Shown here piece after piece: positions 9,343 through 19,483 of a stretch of DNA of 62,926 nt (the first letter of the stretch is position 1; each line of letters starts with the position of its first letter). A program made the translations under genes and the position numbers. Location of the stretch: positions 1 to 62,926 of the IMG/VR virus record IMGVR_UViG_3300025598_002100; one strand, 5' to 3'. The stretch is from a virus. Taxonomy: Duplodnaviria > Caudoviricetes. The notes below the pieces were generated by a model, which had not been told where the DNA came from, made no database searches, and worked only from the letters and a program-made list of their open reading frames with translations.

Positions 9343-9642
9343 GTGCAGAAAAAAACAAAAAGTCTTTTAGATGAATTAAATGATTTTGCTGCTAGAAAAG
9401 ATAAAGAAACTATTCTAGAATCTAGGGCAAGTCATATTATCGATTCGGCTATCAATTTTTTAAAACATATCAGAGAAACATTTGATCCTGAAGTTGCATA
9501 TGAATTAGAAAGACGATTCATTAATAGCATTAAAAGCGGTGATAATGCTAAATTTACACGCGGCATACGTAAAATTAAAGAAAATAAAGAAATTTCACAG
9601 GGTCTCAAGATCATTAATGGTAATGTAAAACATGATGATTAA
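9343..9642 (+). CDS. Hypothetical phage protein
   Basis: ORF downstream of GATAAATA (9312-9319). Confidence 0.7.
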   Translation: MQKKTKSLLDELNDFAARKDKETILESRASHIIDSAINFLKHIRETFDPEVAYELERRFINSIKSGDNAKFTRGIRKIKENKEISQGLKIINGNVKHDD

Positions 9643-9728
9643 TAGCCTATTCTAGGGTTTTTTTGGTTTATTGATAAATATTTGCATGATTAGCTCACAA
9701 GGCTATCACAAAATTAAGGAGAAATAAA

Positions 9729-10223
9729 ATGGCTTCGATTAATCGCGTTCATGGTGGTTTATTATCACCGAAGAACTTTGCAGGTCCTGCGTTACAAGAT
9801 TTTACATTAACATTCTGGGGTCCAGATGGTTTAAAATTATGGGCTGACTATGCTGGTACAGTAGGTGCAGTCGGCGGCGGAAATGGCGGTGCATTTACCG
9901 GTGGTGGTGTTTACTCAGCAACTACAGGTACTGCAGCCGGTGGTGTATTCGATCAGGTATTCCGCTCAGCGGTGACACAATTCGGTTCACTTAGCCGCGT
10001 CGGTACATTAAATACTACCAATGCTGCTTATACAATCAATTTTGCTTTAGAAGCATTAGGTGTTGATCCGTTTAGTCCGAGCGGATTGGGATTAGGGTCT
10101 GTAGAAGGCACAACTGCGAGTACAGTTGCTGCTGCATTAACTGCTGCTGTTCAAGGACTAGGCACAGTTAATGGTGTTACATTAAACACTGCAAGTGTTA
10201 GTGTTACAGCACTCACATACTAA
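9729..10223 (+). CDS. Gly/Ala/Thr-rich probable virion structural protein
   Basis: Late box GATAAATA (9673-9680), strong AAGGAG RBS, own terminator; composition typical of structural or decoration proteins. Confidence 0.55.
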   Translation: MASINRVHGGLLSPKNFAGPALQDFTLTFWGPDGLKLWADYAGTVGAVGGGNGGAFTGGGVYSATTGTAAGGVFDQVFRSAVTQFGSLSRVGTLNTTNAAYTINFALEALGVDPFSPSGLGLGSVEGTTASTVAAALTAAVQGLGTVNGVTLNTASVSVTALTY

Positions 10224-10247
10224 GTTAATAAGTTAGTAGATGATAAT

Positions 10248-10279
10248 GAAAGGCGATCTTTATGATCGCCTTTCTTTTT
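10248..10279 (+). terminator. Intrinsic terminator
   Basis: GAAAGGCGATC-tttat-GATCGCCTTTC followed by TTTTT. Confidence 0.85.
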
Positions 10280-10317
10280 GATTATAAATACCTATAACTT
10301 ATTAAAGTAGGTATATA

Positions 10318-10767
10318 ATGGAAATCATCGAAATTAAAACATTAATTGATATCACAAAGCCTGAAATTGCTCGTGCAGGGTATGGATCAGATCTAGAACA
10401 AAATCAATTCAAAAATTGGACAACATTACAACAATGTATCGGGTTACGAAGCAATATAGAATGGGACACTCCTCCTAGTGTCGAAACAGCTGATATTAAA
10501 GGTATGGGTTTTGGTAACAGATATAAAGGCGAACACAAAATATGGACTTTTAAATTCTATACTGATAGATCTTCTGCCTATAGCGATGATAATGGTAACT
10601 TAATCGGTTTATTACTAGACGATGTAGATCAAGTACCGATTATTCAAAATTTAACAGAAACGATAAATATTTCAAAAGCGGTGTTTAATTTAAACAGTCC
10701 GCAGTACAAAAATACAATAATTACGGCAACTATCAGGCAAATCGAGGCACAAGAAAATGTTATTTAG
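10318..10767 (+). CDS. Hypothetical phage protein
   Basis: ORF after TATAAATA (10283-10290). Confidence 0.7.
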   Translation: MEIIEIKTLIDITKPEIARAGYGSDLEQNQFKNWTTLQQCIGLRSNIEWDTPPSVETADIKGMGFGNRYKGEHKIWTFKFYTDRSSAYSDDNGNLIGLLLDDVDQVPIIQNLTETINISKAVFNLNSPQYKNTIITATIRQIEAQENVI

Positions 10768-10784
10768 AACAGGAGATACCTTTA

Positions 10785-11030
10785 ATGCCTGCAATACAGG
10801 AACCGTCGAATATAGAATCTGAAAATTTAGAAACACATGTCGCACTATGTGCATTACGTTATGCTACTCTAGAAAATAGATTAGATACTATCGAAAAAAA
10901 GGTCAGCACACTACAAGAAGTGATCGAAAAAAGTCATATGAGTATGATTCGGGTATTGATCGGTACTGCAGGAACAGTTGTAGCAGGCGTGCTATCGACA
11001 CTTGTAGTAATATTATCTAAATCACATTAA
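10785..11030 (+). CDS. Small coiled-coil protein with C-terminal TM helix (holin/XhlA-like architecture, uncertain)
   Basis: AGGAG RBS; heptad region then hydrophobic VLIGTAGTVVAGVLSTLVVIL. Confidence 0.55.
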   Translation: MPAIQEPSNIESENLETHVALCALRYATLENRLDTIEKKVSTLQEVIEKSHMSMIRVLIGTAGTVVAGVLSTLVVILSKSH

Positions 11031-11031
11031 T

Positions 11032-11250
11032 ATGCGGATAAGCCATTTATTAGAAAATATAACAATTATCCTAAATAATGAAGAGAGGGATTTTGTTAAT
11101 AGACATCGAGATTTAATTTCGATATCTAGTCTAGATGAGCATGATGCATGGGTTGCTCAAAATTTAGTTAGAAAGCATGTATATGAAATAACTAATAATG
11201 GCAAAACAATTAAATTAAAGAACCATGCTAGCAGAAAAACAACTTTATAG
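11032..11250 (+). CDS. Hypothetical protein
   Basis: Tightly packed ORF; N-terminus MRISHLLE. Confidence 0.6.
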   Translation: MRISHLLENITIILNNEERDFVNRHRDLISISSLDEHDAWVAQNLVRKHVYEITNNGKTIKLKNHASRKTTL

Positions 11251-11689
11251 AAAAATCGAAGAACTTGCCATCGAAGTGAAAGAAACACTTAGAGAAAAAG
11301 GCTATGTAATCCCTGCCGAACGAGAAGATGGAAAAATAAAAATAGGCAATTATTATATATGTAAAAATAACGGATTCTTTGATATAACAAATCTACGCAA
11401 TCAAATGTTATATGAAAGAATTAATTTGCCTCAAACCGCATTAATTATTGCTAACTCTTTAGCATTAGGGCAAGATATTGATAATAAACTTTTAGAAAAT
11501 GATCAGCAATTCGGGTATAGTTATTTTGAAGAGTTAAATTATAATAGATTATCTAAAGTATATCTTAATAAAAGAGATTACGACAAATTCAATTCTCTGT
11601 TAATAAAGCAAGAATTGGCACAAATACGTTCTAAAAATGCTAAGAATTACATTTTAACTAACTTCGAAAAACTTAGAAGAATGCGATAA
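11225..11689 (+). CDS. Hypothetical protein
   Basis: Overlapping ORF in an operon. Confidence 0.6.
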   Translation: MLAEKQLYRKIEELAIEVKETLREKGYVIPAEREDGKIKIGNYYICKNNGFFDITNLRNQMLYERINLPQTALIIANSLALGQDIDNKLLENDQQFGYSYFEELNYNRLSKVYLNKRDYDKFNSLLIKQELAQIRSKNAKNYILTNFEKLRRMR

Positions 11690-11716
11690 ATACTTTATCA
11701 ACTTTTGGGTTAAACT

Positions 11717-13189
11717 ATGAAGACAACAGATTTTAATTTTCAAATTTCTAGTAAATCATTAAACGAAAGTATGTTTAAGAAATTCGGCGTCAAAGTCGAT
11801 CTCGAAAACTATACTAGAGAAGAACTAGAAAACTATCGTAATATTATTCGCACTAAACTCAGCCAATCAGAAGGTAATACAGGATTTAATGATCTATTGG
11901 CAAATGAAGATTATCAAAAAGATAAACATATGCTAGATTTACTTAATAGTCGAATTAAAGAAATGCTAGGCGAGTCTATTCTTAATGAAAAATCTAAGAG
12001 TGAAAAACAAGCTAGAACAATGGCTGCTGCTGCGCACAATCCTAAATTTGCAAAGAAAGTAGGTATCAAAACCAGTGTTGCAAAAGAATTTAATAAAAAA
12101 GATAAAGGCACTAAACTTCTAAGCAAGGCTATGAAGCATAAGAAGAAGAAGAAAAAAACTAACGAAAGTAATAAACCAGGATTACCCGGAAATCCGCGTC
12201 CGGCTACAATGGATTTCGGAAATAAACCTGTTTTAACAGATCCCGATAAACCATTAGATCCTAAGTCTTGGGAATATAGAACACGTCACAGACCTACAAC
12301 TTCTTCTACTGCAGGACGAGAGTCAAATGAAATTCAACAAGATGTAGATAATAGAAATGAAAGATTAACTCAAAACAGAAAAGTTAGAAAAAAATCACCT
12401 ACCAGTAGCGGTACATTAAAAAATTATTTAAATAACAGACCACCAAGGTCTGAAGGAATAGAACTTAGCAATGGTAAATACTCCAAGTCCACAATGGAAT
12501 CTAAAACTATGAAAAAACCAAAAAAGAAAGCAGCCAAGCCAGATTACTTAGACTTTGACGGTGATGGTAATAAGAAAGAACCAATGAAGAAAGCTCTTAA
12601 AGATAGAAAGAAAGCTCCTCCTTTTAAGAAGAAGAAAGTTAAAGAAAGCTTTTTAAACCGTAAACATAATTACGCTATTATTATCGAATCTTTAAAATAT
12701 TTAATTAGTGAAAACGAAGAAGACAAAGCTAAAGATATTAGTGGTTCTGCAGATATGGTATCTGATATCACTAACTTTATGCAACGTCTAGGAACTATGC
12801 AAACTAAAACAATGATCGACTTGTCTGATAGCATTCGTAAGAATTTTGGTCAAGCCGAATCAGATGCTTTTAGAAATAGCATCGATCCTGCTCTTAAACA
12901 GGCACTAGAAGTATTAACTAAGGTTAGAGAATCTATTAGTAGTGCTGTTGCACAATTAGCAGGTGGCGAACTTCCTCAAGAAACTATGGGAGCTGAACCA
13001 GTTAATCCAGCACCGTCCGATAGTATGAATACTAGCATGACTGCAGGTATGAGTGACGAATTCGGCGCTAGTGATGCTGCATCTGGCGGATTTGATACCG
13101 CTGGAAGAGAAAAGAGAGAAAGTATCGAAAGATCTAAAGCTCGTAGATTATCAGAAGCTCATTCATTGATGACTAAATTATCGAAATGA
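11717..13189 (+). CDS. Probable prohead core/internal head protein
   Basis: Late box GATAAATA (11685-11692); Lys-rich; repeated (L/I/M/T)-x-E-(S/A/K) sites; EF-hand-like DFDGDGNKKE motif. Confidence 0.5.
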   Translation: MKTTDFNFQISSKSLNESMFKKFGVKVDLENYTREELENYRNIIRTKLSQSEGNTGFNDLLANEDYQKDKHMLDLLNSRIKEMLGESILNEKSKSEKQARTMAAAAHNPKFAKKVGIKTSVAKEFNKKDKGTKLLSKAMKHKKKKKKTNESNKPGLPGNPRPATMDFGNKPVLTDPDKPLDPKSWEYRTRHRPTTSSTAGRESNEIQQDVDNRNERLTQNRKVRKKSPTSSGTLKNYLNNRPPRSEGIELSNGKYSKSTMESKTMKKPKKKAAKPDYLDFDGDGNKKEPMKKALKDRKKAPPFKKKKVKESFLNRKHNYAIIIESLKYLISENEEDKAKDISGSADMVSDITNFMQRLGTMQTKTMIDLSDSIRKNFGQAESDAFRNSIDPALKQALEVLTKVRESISSAVAQLAGGELPQETMGAEPVNPAPSDSMNTSMTAGMSDEFGASDAASGGFDTAGREKRESIERSKARRLSEAHSLMTKLSK

Positions 13190-13479
13190 GATTATTTGAA
13201 CTCGAAGACCAACGAGGAGATATAGTTAATATTCTGGTATTGGTTTTACGTAATGCTGTCGGAAGAGGAGTGTCAGAATTGTCATATGACGCTATCAAAG
13301 GCGCATTACAAGACCAGAATATTTATATGAATGTTGATTATAAAACTTTTGATAATATATATCATCAAAATCCTCGCGCATTTTCAACCGTAATTAATAA
13401 CTATAACGGTACTGGAATTGTACTTAATAAGTCCATTAAAGCAGCCAAGGATAGCGCTCCTGAAACCCCAGTAGTCTAA
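13186..13479 (+). CDS. Hypothetical protein
   Basis: ATGA overlap with previous gene; N-terminus MRLFELED. Confidence 0.6.
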   Translation: MRLFELEDQRGDIVNILVLVLRNAVGRGVSELSYDAIKGALQDQNIYMNVDYKTFDNIYHQNPRAFSTVINNYNGTGIVLNKSIKAAKDSAPETPVV

Positions 13480-13481
13480 AT

Positions 13482-13510
13482 TTGCTCTAAATCAATTTTT
13501 CTGTTATAAT
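13482..13510 (+). promoter_or_regulatory. sigma70-like promoter (leaderless transcript)
   Basis: TTGCTC, 17 bp, TATAAT with extended TG; ATG 7 nt downstream, no SD. Confidence 0.6.
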
Positions 13511-13517
13511 TAAAGTT

Positions 13518-14240
13518 ATGACTACTCTAAAACCTCCACCGTTTGTGGAAAAATTCCAATACAAAAATTGCAAACAAATAAATGATCCTATAACACGTAA
13601 AAGATTATACGAAACGCCTGATGGAGAACGTATACCTAGTGTCACTACTATTTTAAGTGCAACTAAAGATATGACGCACTTAATTGAATGGAAAAAACGT
13701 GTAGGAGAAGCTAAAGCACAACAAATCACTACAGAAGCAGCCAGTGTAGGAACTGGGCTTCATGCCAATTTAGAAAGATTTCTATGTAATGAACAAAGAC
13801 AACCCGGAAATAATCCAATACACATTAAAGCAAATGCAATGGCTGATGTTATTATTGAATACGGATTAAAATATGTTGACGAAGTTTGGGCAATGGAACA
13901 AAGTCTATACTATAAGGGACTATACTCGGGCACAACTGATCTAGTATGCGTTTATAAAGGTAATCCTTGTATTGCCGATTACAAACAAACCAATCGTCCA
14001 AAGAAAGCAGAATGGGTTGAAGATTATTATCTGCAACTCATGGCGTATATCATGGCCCATAACAATACATATGGAACTGATATGCGTGAAGGACATATCT
14101 TTATGGTTAGTAGGGGTGATGATGGAATGAAGCCTGGTGGAGAGGTATATCAACAGTTTGATCTACTACCAAAAGATTTTAACAAATATCAAGATATGTG
14201 GCTTGATAGAGTTGAAGAATATTACAAATTAACTAAGTAA
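13518..14240 (+). CDS. PD-(D/E)XK exonuclease (phage Cas4-like/MGME1-like)
   Basis: PSVTTIL, GTGLH, EQSLY...GTTDLV...IADYKQT, YYLQLMAY motifs. Confidence 0.85.
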   Translation: MTTLKPPPFVEKFQYKNCKQINDPITRKRLYETPDGERIPSVTTILSATKDMTHLIEWKKRVGEAKAQQITTEAASVGTGLHANLERFLCNEQRQPGNNPIHIKANAMADVIIEYGLKYVDEVWAMEQSLYYKGLYSGTTDLVCVYKGNPCIADYKQTNRPKKAEWVEDYYLQLMAYIMAHNNTYGTDMREGHIFMVSRGDDGMKPGGEVYQQFDLLPKDFNKYQDMWLDRVEEYYKLTK

Positions 14241-14315
14241 TTTCCGTAATGCCTATTTTGACACCAGTTTTAACTTCTCCGAAGTTCGATAAATATCTAA
14301 TACTGGAGAGTTAAA

Positions 14316-15956
14316 ATGGCCGTAATCGAAATAGCCCGCATACAAGTACGTCGAGGACAAGAAAATATTACCGGAATCCCTGTTCTTTCACCGGGAGAAT
14401 TCGGATGGGCCGAGGACACAGAGCATTTATACATTGGCAAAAGTGTAAGCGAAGGTGCGGTTAGTAATAGTAATACTAGACTTTTAACCGAAAACGATCT
14501 TATCAATTTATATAACGGATCTATTACTAGTTCAACATTATATAACTTAGTCGGGCATATACCTAATGTTTCTCTTGCTAATACAGTCTCTAGATCATTG
14601 CAGAGCAAATTAGATGATGAAGTAAGTGTACTAAGTTACGGGGCAATAGGCGATGGAACTACACCCAATGCTCAATATTTTAGAGCAGCTATCGAAAGCC
14701 TATATCTAAACGCAACAGTTAAAGGGTCATTAGGAAATGAAAGTCTAGTAACACTATATGTGCCGGCTGGTGTCTATAATATCGAAACCACCATTTATCT
14801 TCCACCTAATGTTATTATTGTAGGCGATGGTCTAGGAAAAACAATTCTTAATCTTGTAACTACATCAATACCTTTGATGCAATATGCTGATCAAACCAGT
14901 ATCCATAATAATTATGTAGTATTTGTTGATGGACAAGCTAATATATTAAGTGCTACTCGTCCTAATAAAATTATTATCAAAGATATGACATTGCAGTACG
15001 ATACTACCCTAAGTGGTCCTAGTGGAACTTCTACACTTCCATTATTAAGAGCAGATTGTGGAGTTGATTGTTTAATTAGTGGCGTGCAATTCTTAGGTAA
15101 CTATGTAGCAGGTTCCGGACAAATTGCTGACAATAATTACACCGGAATTGATATTAGAGGGCAAGGCTCTTTAATCACCCAAGATTTAATCGTAGAAAAT
15201 TGCAGCTTTGATAATTTATATTACGGAATTAAATCTAACTATGATATGCAAGATTCTATCATTATAAATTCCAGATTTAGAAATCTAAATCGTGGTGTTG
15301 TCTACGGAGAAAGTGTAGCTGTAAATAATTTTACAGGTCCGTTAAGAAGCAGAATTGAAAATAATAAATTTTATTATATAGAACGTGAAGGTATTTTTGT
15401 CGGTAGAAATACTAATAATTTACCTACACATCATGTTAGTGCATTTAATATTTTTAACAACGTAGGCAATAACACTAACAATGACCAAAATCAAGTTACT
15501 CCGGTTATTACCTTCCAATCTCAAGGTAATACATCAATTTCTGATTATAATTCTAGATATGATACAGTTAATAGTACTACTACTAATTATGCATCAACCA
15601 CAACCACAGTAAGTGGGCCTACTTATGTGACAAGTCCGGGCGCTTATGCCGGAACGATTATTGTTTCATCAAACCCGGTATTATTGTCTAGATTTCCATA
15701 CAGTAGTCCTACTCAATCTACAATCATAGATTATAATTTAAACGTATCGACTACTAATAGATCCGGAGAACTAACTGTAGGTATTGACGTGTATGGCATA
15801 GCATCGATAACAGATAGCTATTCCTATTCGGGTCCAAATGATGGCGGAGTGGTATTTACAGTTAACTTAAATAATTCAACTAATTTGGTAGAGTTATATT
15901 ATACAAGTCCAAATTATCCTGGTACGATTACTTATAGGTATACACAATTACAATAA
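14316..15956 (+). CDS. Tail/baseplate-associated protein with Mtd_N-like N-terminus and pectate-lyase-like beta-helix
   Basis: IQVRRG...LSPGEFGW; VSVLSYGAIGDG; LYVPAGVY; parallel beta-helix repeats; late box at 14288-14295. Confidence 0.7.
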   Translation: MAVIEIARIQVRRGQENITGIPVLSPGEFGWAEDTEHLYIGKSVSEGAVSNSNTRLLTENDLINLYNGSITSSTLYNLVGHIPNVSLANTVSRSLQSKLDDEVSVLSYGAIGDGTTPNAQYFRAAIESLYLNATVKGSLGNESLVTLYVPAGVYNIETTIYLPPNVIIVGDGLGKTILNLVTTSIPLMQYADQTSIHNNYVVFVDGQANILSATRPNKIIIKDMTLQYDTTLSGPSGTSTLPLLRADCGVDCLISGVQFLGNYVAGSGQIADNNYTGIDIRGQGSLITQDLIVENCSFDNLYYGIKSNYDMQDSIIINSRFRNLNRGVVYGESVAVNNFTGPLRSRIENNKFYYIEREGIFVGRNTNNLPTHHVSAFNIFNNVGNNTNNDQNQVTPVITFQSQGNTSISDYNSRYDTVNSTTTNYASTTTTVSGPTYVTSPGAYAGTIIVSSNPVLLSRFPYSSPTQSTIIDYNLNVSTTNRSGELTVGIDVYGIASITDSYSYSGPNDGGVVFTVNLNNSTNLVELYYTSPNYPGTITYRYTQLQ

Positions 15957-16378
15957 TGTTCAACAAATCTCCAGAAGAGAGATTGTCTATTTGGGCCGAA
16001 TTTAGAAAAACATTGAATCACTGTGATCACCCGTTTGATGATGTTTCTGTATTTTGGCAAGACTCTCCTCGAATACTATTCAATCATAGGGTCGATCCTT
16101 TTAATAAAAAATCATGGCCTACCCCATGGGAAATTATCGTAGAAAATCGATATGACGATTTTACCCTAGCACTAATGATGGGTTACACCCTAAAGTTTAC
16201 AGAAAAGTTTAAGAATTCCAAAATTGAGATTAAAACCATGGTTGATTATTCCAAGACAAAACTGTATAATCTTGTATTCGTAGACGACGAATATATATTA
16301 AATTACGATAAAAATAATGCTGTTAAAGCTGCAGATATTGATCAGGAACTATACGTTGAAAACAATATTAATGTATGA
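15956..16378 (+). CDS. Hypothetical phage protein
   Basis: Coupled ORF; WPTPWE motif. Confidence 0.65.
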   Translation: MFNKSPEERLSIWAEFRKTLNHCDHPFDDVSVFWQDSPRILFNHRVDPFNKKSWPTPWEIIVENRYDDFTLALMMGYTLKFTEKFKNSKIEIKTMVDYSKTKLYNLVFVDDEYILNYDKNNAVKAADIDQELYVENNINV

Positions 16379-16425
16379 CGATCCTAGGTAAATATTCAGT
16401 AAAATAAGTTAAGGGTTAAAAGTAC

Positions 16426-18756
16426 ATGATTACTGTTGTAAAAAGAAATGGGGAGAAAGTACCTCTAGATATTTCCAAAATTCAGAGGCAGGTAGCACAC
16501 GGATGTAGCGGTATAGATGGAGTAAGCCCATCTATGATTGAGATTAAAGCTCAATTAGAACTACACGATGGTATGAGTACAAAAACTATAGATGAGCTAT
16601 TATTAAAAGCTATGGTTAATCTCATTGACGAGAATGAGAATCCTGAAATCAACAATACCAATTATCAATATGTAGCAGGCAGACAGCGTGTTAGTATGTT
16701 GCGTAAAGAAGTATATGGAGAATATGAACCTCCTAAGCTCTATAGCATTGTTAAAACCAATGTTGAAGCAGGTATGTATACTAAAGATTTATTAAATTGG
16801 TATACTGAGGATGAATGGAATATTATTGACTTATTCATTGATCATAGCAAAGATGAAAATTACACATTTGCTGCGATTGAACAGTTGGCAGAAAAGTATC
16901 TAGTTCAAAATCGTGCCACTGGGCAAATCTATGAAACACCACAAGTTCGGTATGCTGTTGCTGCCGCTACTGCGTTTCATGCTGAGCCAAAAGATATCAG
17001 ATTGAAACTAGTAAAGGAGTATTATGAATGCGCGTCAGAAGGACAGTTTACTTTGGCTACTCCTGTTCTTGCGGGCCTTGGGACCACTACTAAGCAGTTT
17101 AGTAGCTGTGTACTTATTAGTTCGGATGATACATTAGATAGCATCTTTGCCAGCGGCGAGATGATGGCCAAATATGCTAGTAAACGTGCTGGTATTGGAT
17201 TGGAATTAGGTCGTATCAGGCCAGTTGGCGCTCCAATACGCAATGGGGAGATTAAACATACAGGATTGGTGCCATTTTTAAAGAAATGGTTTGCAGATCT
17301 TCGCAGTTGTAGTCAAGGTGGCATTCGTAATGCTAGTTGCACTGTAACTTTTCCCATTTGGCATGCACAGTTTGAAGATCTAATTGTATTGAAGAACAAT
17401 CAAGGTACAGAAGAAACTCGTGTTCGACAGATGGATTATTCTGTAGTTGTATCTGCGCTCTTTTGGCGCCGCTATAAGAATGGAGAAAATATTACATTAT
17501 TCGATCCACACGAAGTTCCGGATTTATACGAAGCATATTACCGCAACAGTCAGGAATTTGAAAAACTATATCTTAAATATGAACAAGATAAGACTAAGAA
17601 AAAGAAAGTTTTGTCTTCAGAAGAAGTTTTTAAAAATGGTATACTTAAAGAACGTACAGATACTGGCCGTATCTATCTTGTTAATATCGATAATGTGATT
17701 AATCAAGGTCCATTTAATTCGACAACTGACCCAATCTATCAAAGCAATCTTTGTCAAGAAATCTTATTACCTACTCGCCCATTTCAACGTATCGACGATG
17801 AATCAGGACGCATCTCTCTTTGCACATTGGGGTCTATTAACTGGGGTGCATTCCGTAATCCCGCCGATATGCGAAAGGCTTGTCGAATATTAGTTCGTAG
17901 TCTAAGTAATTTGCTTAACTATCAAGATTTTCTTAGTGTGCAAAGCCGATTGGCTAATAAAGAATTTGAACCATTGGGTGTGGGTATTACTAATCTGGCA
18001 TTTTGGCATGCCAGAAAGAATTTAAAATACGGCGACCCGGAAGCACTAGCAGAAGTTAAACGATGGACTGAACATCAAGCATTTTATCTTACAGAGATGA
18101 GTGTAGAACTTGCTCGTGATCGTGGTGCTTGTGAACGAAGTCATTATACCTATTATGGACAAGGAATATTTCCTTGGGAACGCCGTAATAAGAATGTTGA
18201 TGAATTAACTAATTTCGAACCAAGTGCTAATCTCGATTGGGAAGGATTACGTAATGATATGAAAACATATGGAATACGTAATGCTACTTTAATGGCTATT
18301 GCTCCGGTTGAATCGAGTAGCGTTGTGCTTAATAGCACTAATGGCATCGAGATGCCGATGGAATTAATTAGTGTCAAAGAAAGCAAGGCCGGATCATTTG
18401 TACAGGTCGTTCCTGAATATAAACGTTACAAAAATCGTTATCAATTAATGTGGGATCAAAAAGACTGTGTAGAATATCTTAAAACAGCAGCAGTATTAGC
18501 TGTATACATTGATCAAAGTATTAGTACTAATACGTTTTATTCGCCGAAACATTTTAAAGATGGAAAAATTCCTGCTACATTAGTTGCTAAAAACCTTATG
18601 TTGGCATACAAATGGGGGGTCAAAACTATCTATTATTCGTTAATAGATAAAATTGGCAGCAAAAATGTGTTAAATAGCCAAAATGATCGACTTTCAACTT
18701 CAAAATCTATTATAATACAAGAAGATGAATCGGATTGTGATTCATGCAAACTTTAG
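16426..18756 (+). CDS. nrdA: Class Ia ribonucleotide reductase alpha subunit
   Basis: ATP-cone (VVKRNG), TPVLAG, SSCVL, QSNLCQEI, LCTLGSIN, APVESSS, C-terminal CDSCKL; no visible intein. Confidence 0.97.
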   Translation: MITVVKRNGEKVPLDISKIQRQVAHGCSGIDGVSPSMIEIKAQLELHDGMSTKTIDELLLKAMVNLIDENENPEINNTNYQYVAGRQRVSMLRKEVYGEYEPPKLYSIVKTNVEAGMYTKDLLNWYTEDEWNIIDLFIDHSKDENYTFAAIEQLAEKYLVQNRATGQIYETPQVRYAVAAATAFHAEPKDIRLKLVKEYYECASEGQFTLATPVLAGLGTTTKQFSSCVLISSDDTLDSIFASGEMMAKYASKRAGIGLELGRIRPVGAPIRNGEIKHTGLVPFLKKWFADLRSCSQGGIRNASCTVTFPIWHAQFEDLIVLKNNQGTEETRVRQMDYSVVVSALFWRRYKNGENITLFDPHEVPDLYEAYYRNSQEFEKLYLKYEQDKTKKKKVLSSEEVFKNGILKERTDTGRIYLVNIDNVINQGPFNSTTDPIYQSNLCQEILLPTRPFQRIDDESGRISLCTLGSINWGAFRNPADMRKACRILVRSLSNLLNYQDFLSVQSRLANKEFEPLGVGITNLAFWHARKNLKYGDPEALAEVKRWTEHQAFYLTEMSVELARDRGACERSHYTYYGQGIFPWERRNKNVDELTNFEPSANLDWEGLRNDMKTYGIRNATLMAIAPVESSSVVLNSTNGIEMPMELISVKESKAGSFVQVVPEYKRYKNRYQLMWDQKDCVEYLKTAAVLAVYIDQSISTNTFYSPKHFKDGKIPATLVAKNLMLAYKWGVKTIYYSLIDKIGSKNVLNSQNDRLSTSKSIIIQEDESDCDSCKL

Positions 18757-18832
18757 TTTAATGGTAAATACCAGTGCCGGTCGCGATACTGCAAATATCC
18801 ACCGGCTCTATAACTGTAAGGAGTTACAGCAA

Positions 18833-19483
18833 ATGTATTTACATAATATCCCTGCTTATGTTTACTATATCAAACATTTGCCGACTGGCAAATTTTACTA
18901 CGGCTTTCGTTCCGCCAATATTAATGAAAAAAGGTTTCCAGAAGATGATTTATGGAAAGCGTACTTTACATCTTCTGTTAAAATAAAAAACCTGAGAGAA
19001 CAGGAAGATAATTTTGAGGTCAAAATTGTTTACAAAAATACAGATGTCGAAAAAGTATATTGGGTTGAACAAGAATATATAAAAAATAATATAGATGACC
19101 CTTTATGCCTTAACAAATATTATATAAGTAAAGAAAAGAATCAAAAAATTTTTAGTATGGCAGGGAAAAGTCATTCGAATGAAACTAAATTAAAAATGAA
19201 GGGAAGGCTCCCTTGGAATACCGGAAAACATATTCCTAGAGGAACCCCAAGCTGGAATAAAGGAATTCCTACTCCAGATCATGTTAAGAAATTAATTATA
19301 GAAAAAACAACTGGTTTGAAAAGATCCAAAGAAACTAAAATTAAAATGAGTAAACCCAAATCAGAATCTCATTGTAAAAATATATCGAAAGCAGCATTGA
19401 CACGCCCTAGGTTTGCCTGTATAGTATGCGGTAGACTAATAACTAAAGCTAATATTGAAAATCATAGGAAATCACATGAGTAA
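18833..19483 (+). CDS. Freestanding GIY-YIG/NUMOD3-type homing endonuclease
   Basis: AYVYYI...KFYYGFR...YFTSS; NUMOD3-like repeats (HSNETKLKM, PWNTGK, SWNKG, RSKETKIKMS); C-terminal CxxC. Start reassigned to ATG 18833 after AAGGAG. Confidence 0.8.
   Translation: MYLHNIPAYVYYIKHLPTGKFYYGFRSANINEKRFPEDDLWKAYFTSSVKIKNLREQEDNFEVKIVYKNTDVEKVYWVEQEYIKNNIDDPLCLNKYYISKEKNQKIFSMAGKSHSNETKLKMKGRLPWNTGKHIPRGTPSWNKGIPTPDHVKKLIIEKTTGLKRSKETKIKMSKPKSESHCKNISKAALTRPRFACIVCGRLITKANIENHRKSHE

Noticed and set aside
13518-14240. Cas4-like nuclease as a sign of a CRISPR-Cas system
   Set aside because: No repeat-spacer array or other cas genes seen; standalone exonucleases of this type are common in large phages.
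14316-15956. Mtd_N-like domain suggesting a diversity-generating retroelement
   Set aside because: No reverse transcriptase and no template/variable repeat pair seen in the window.
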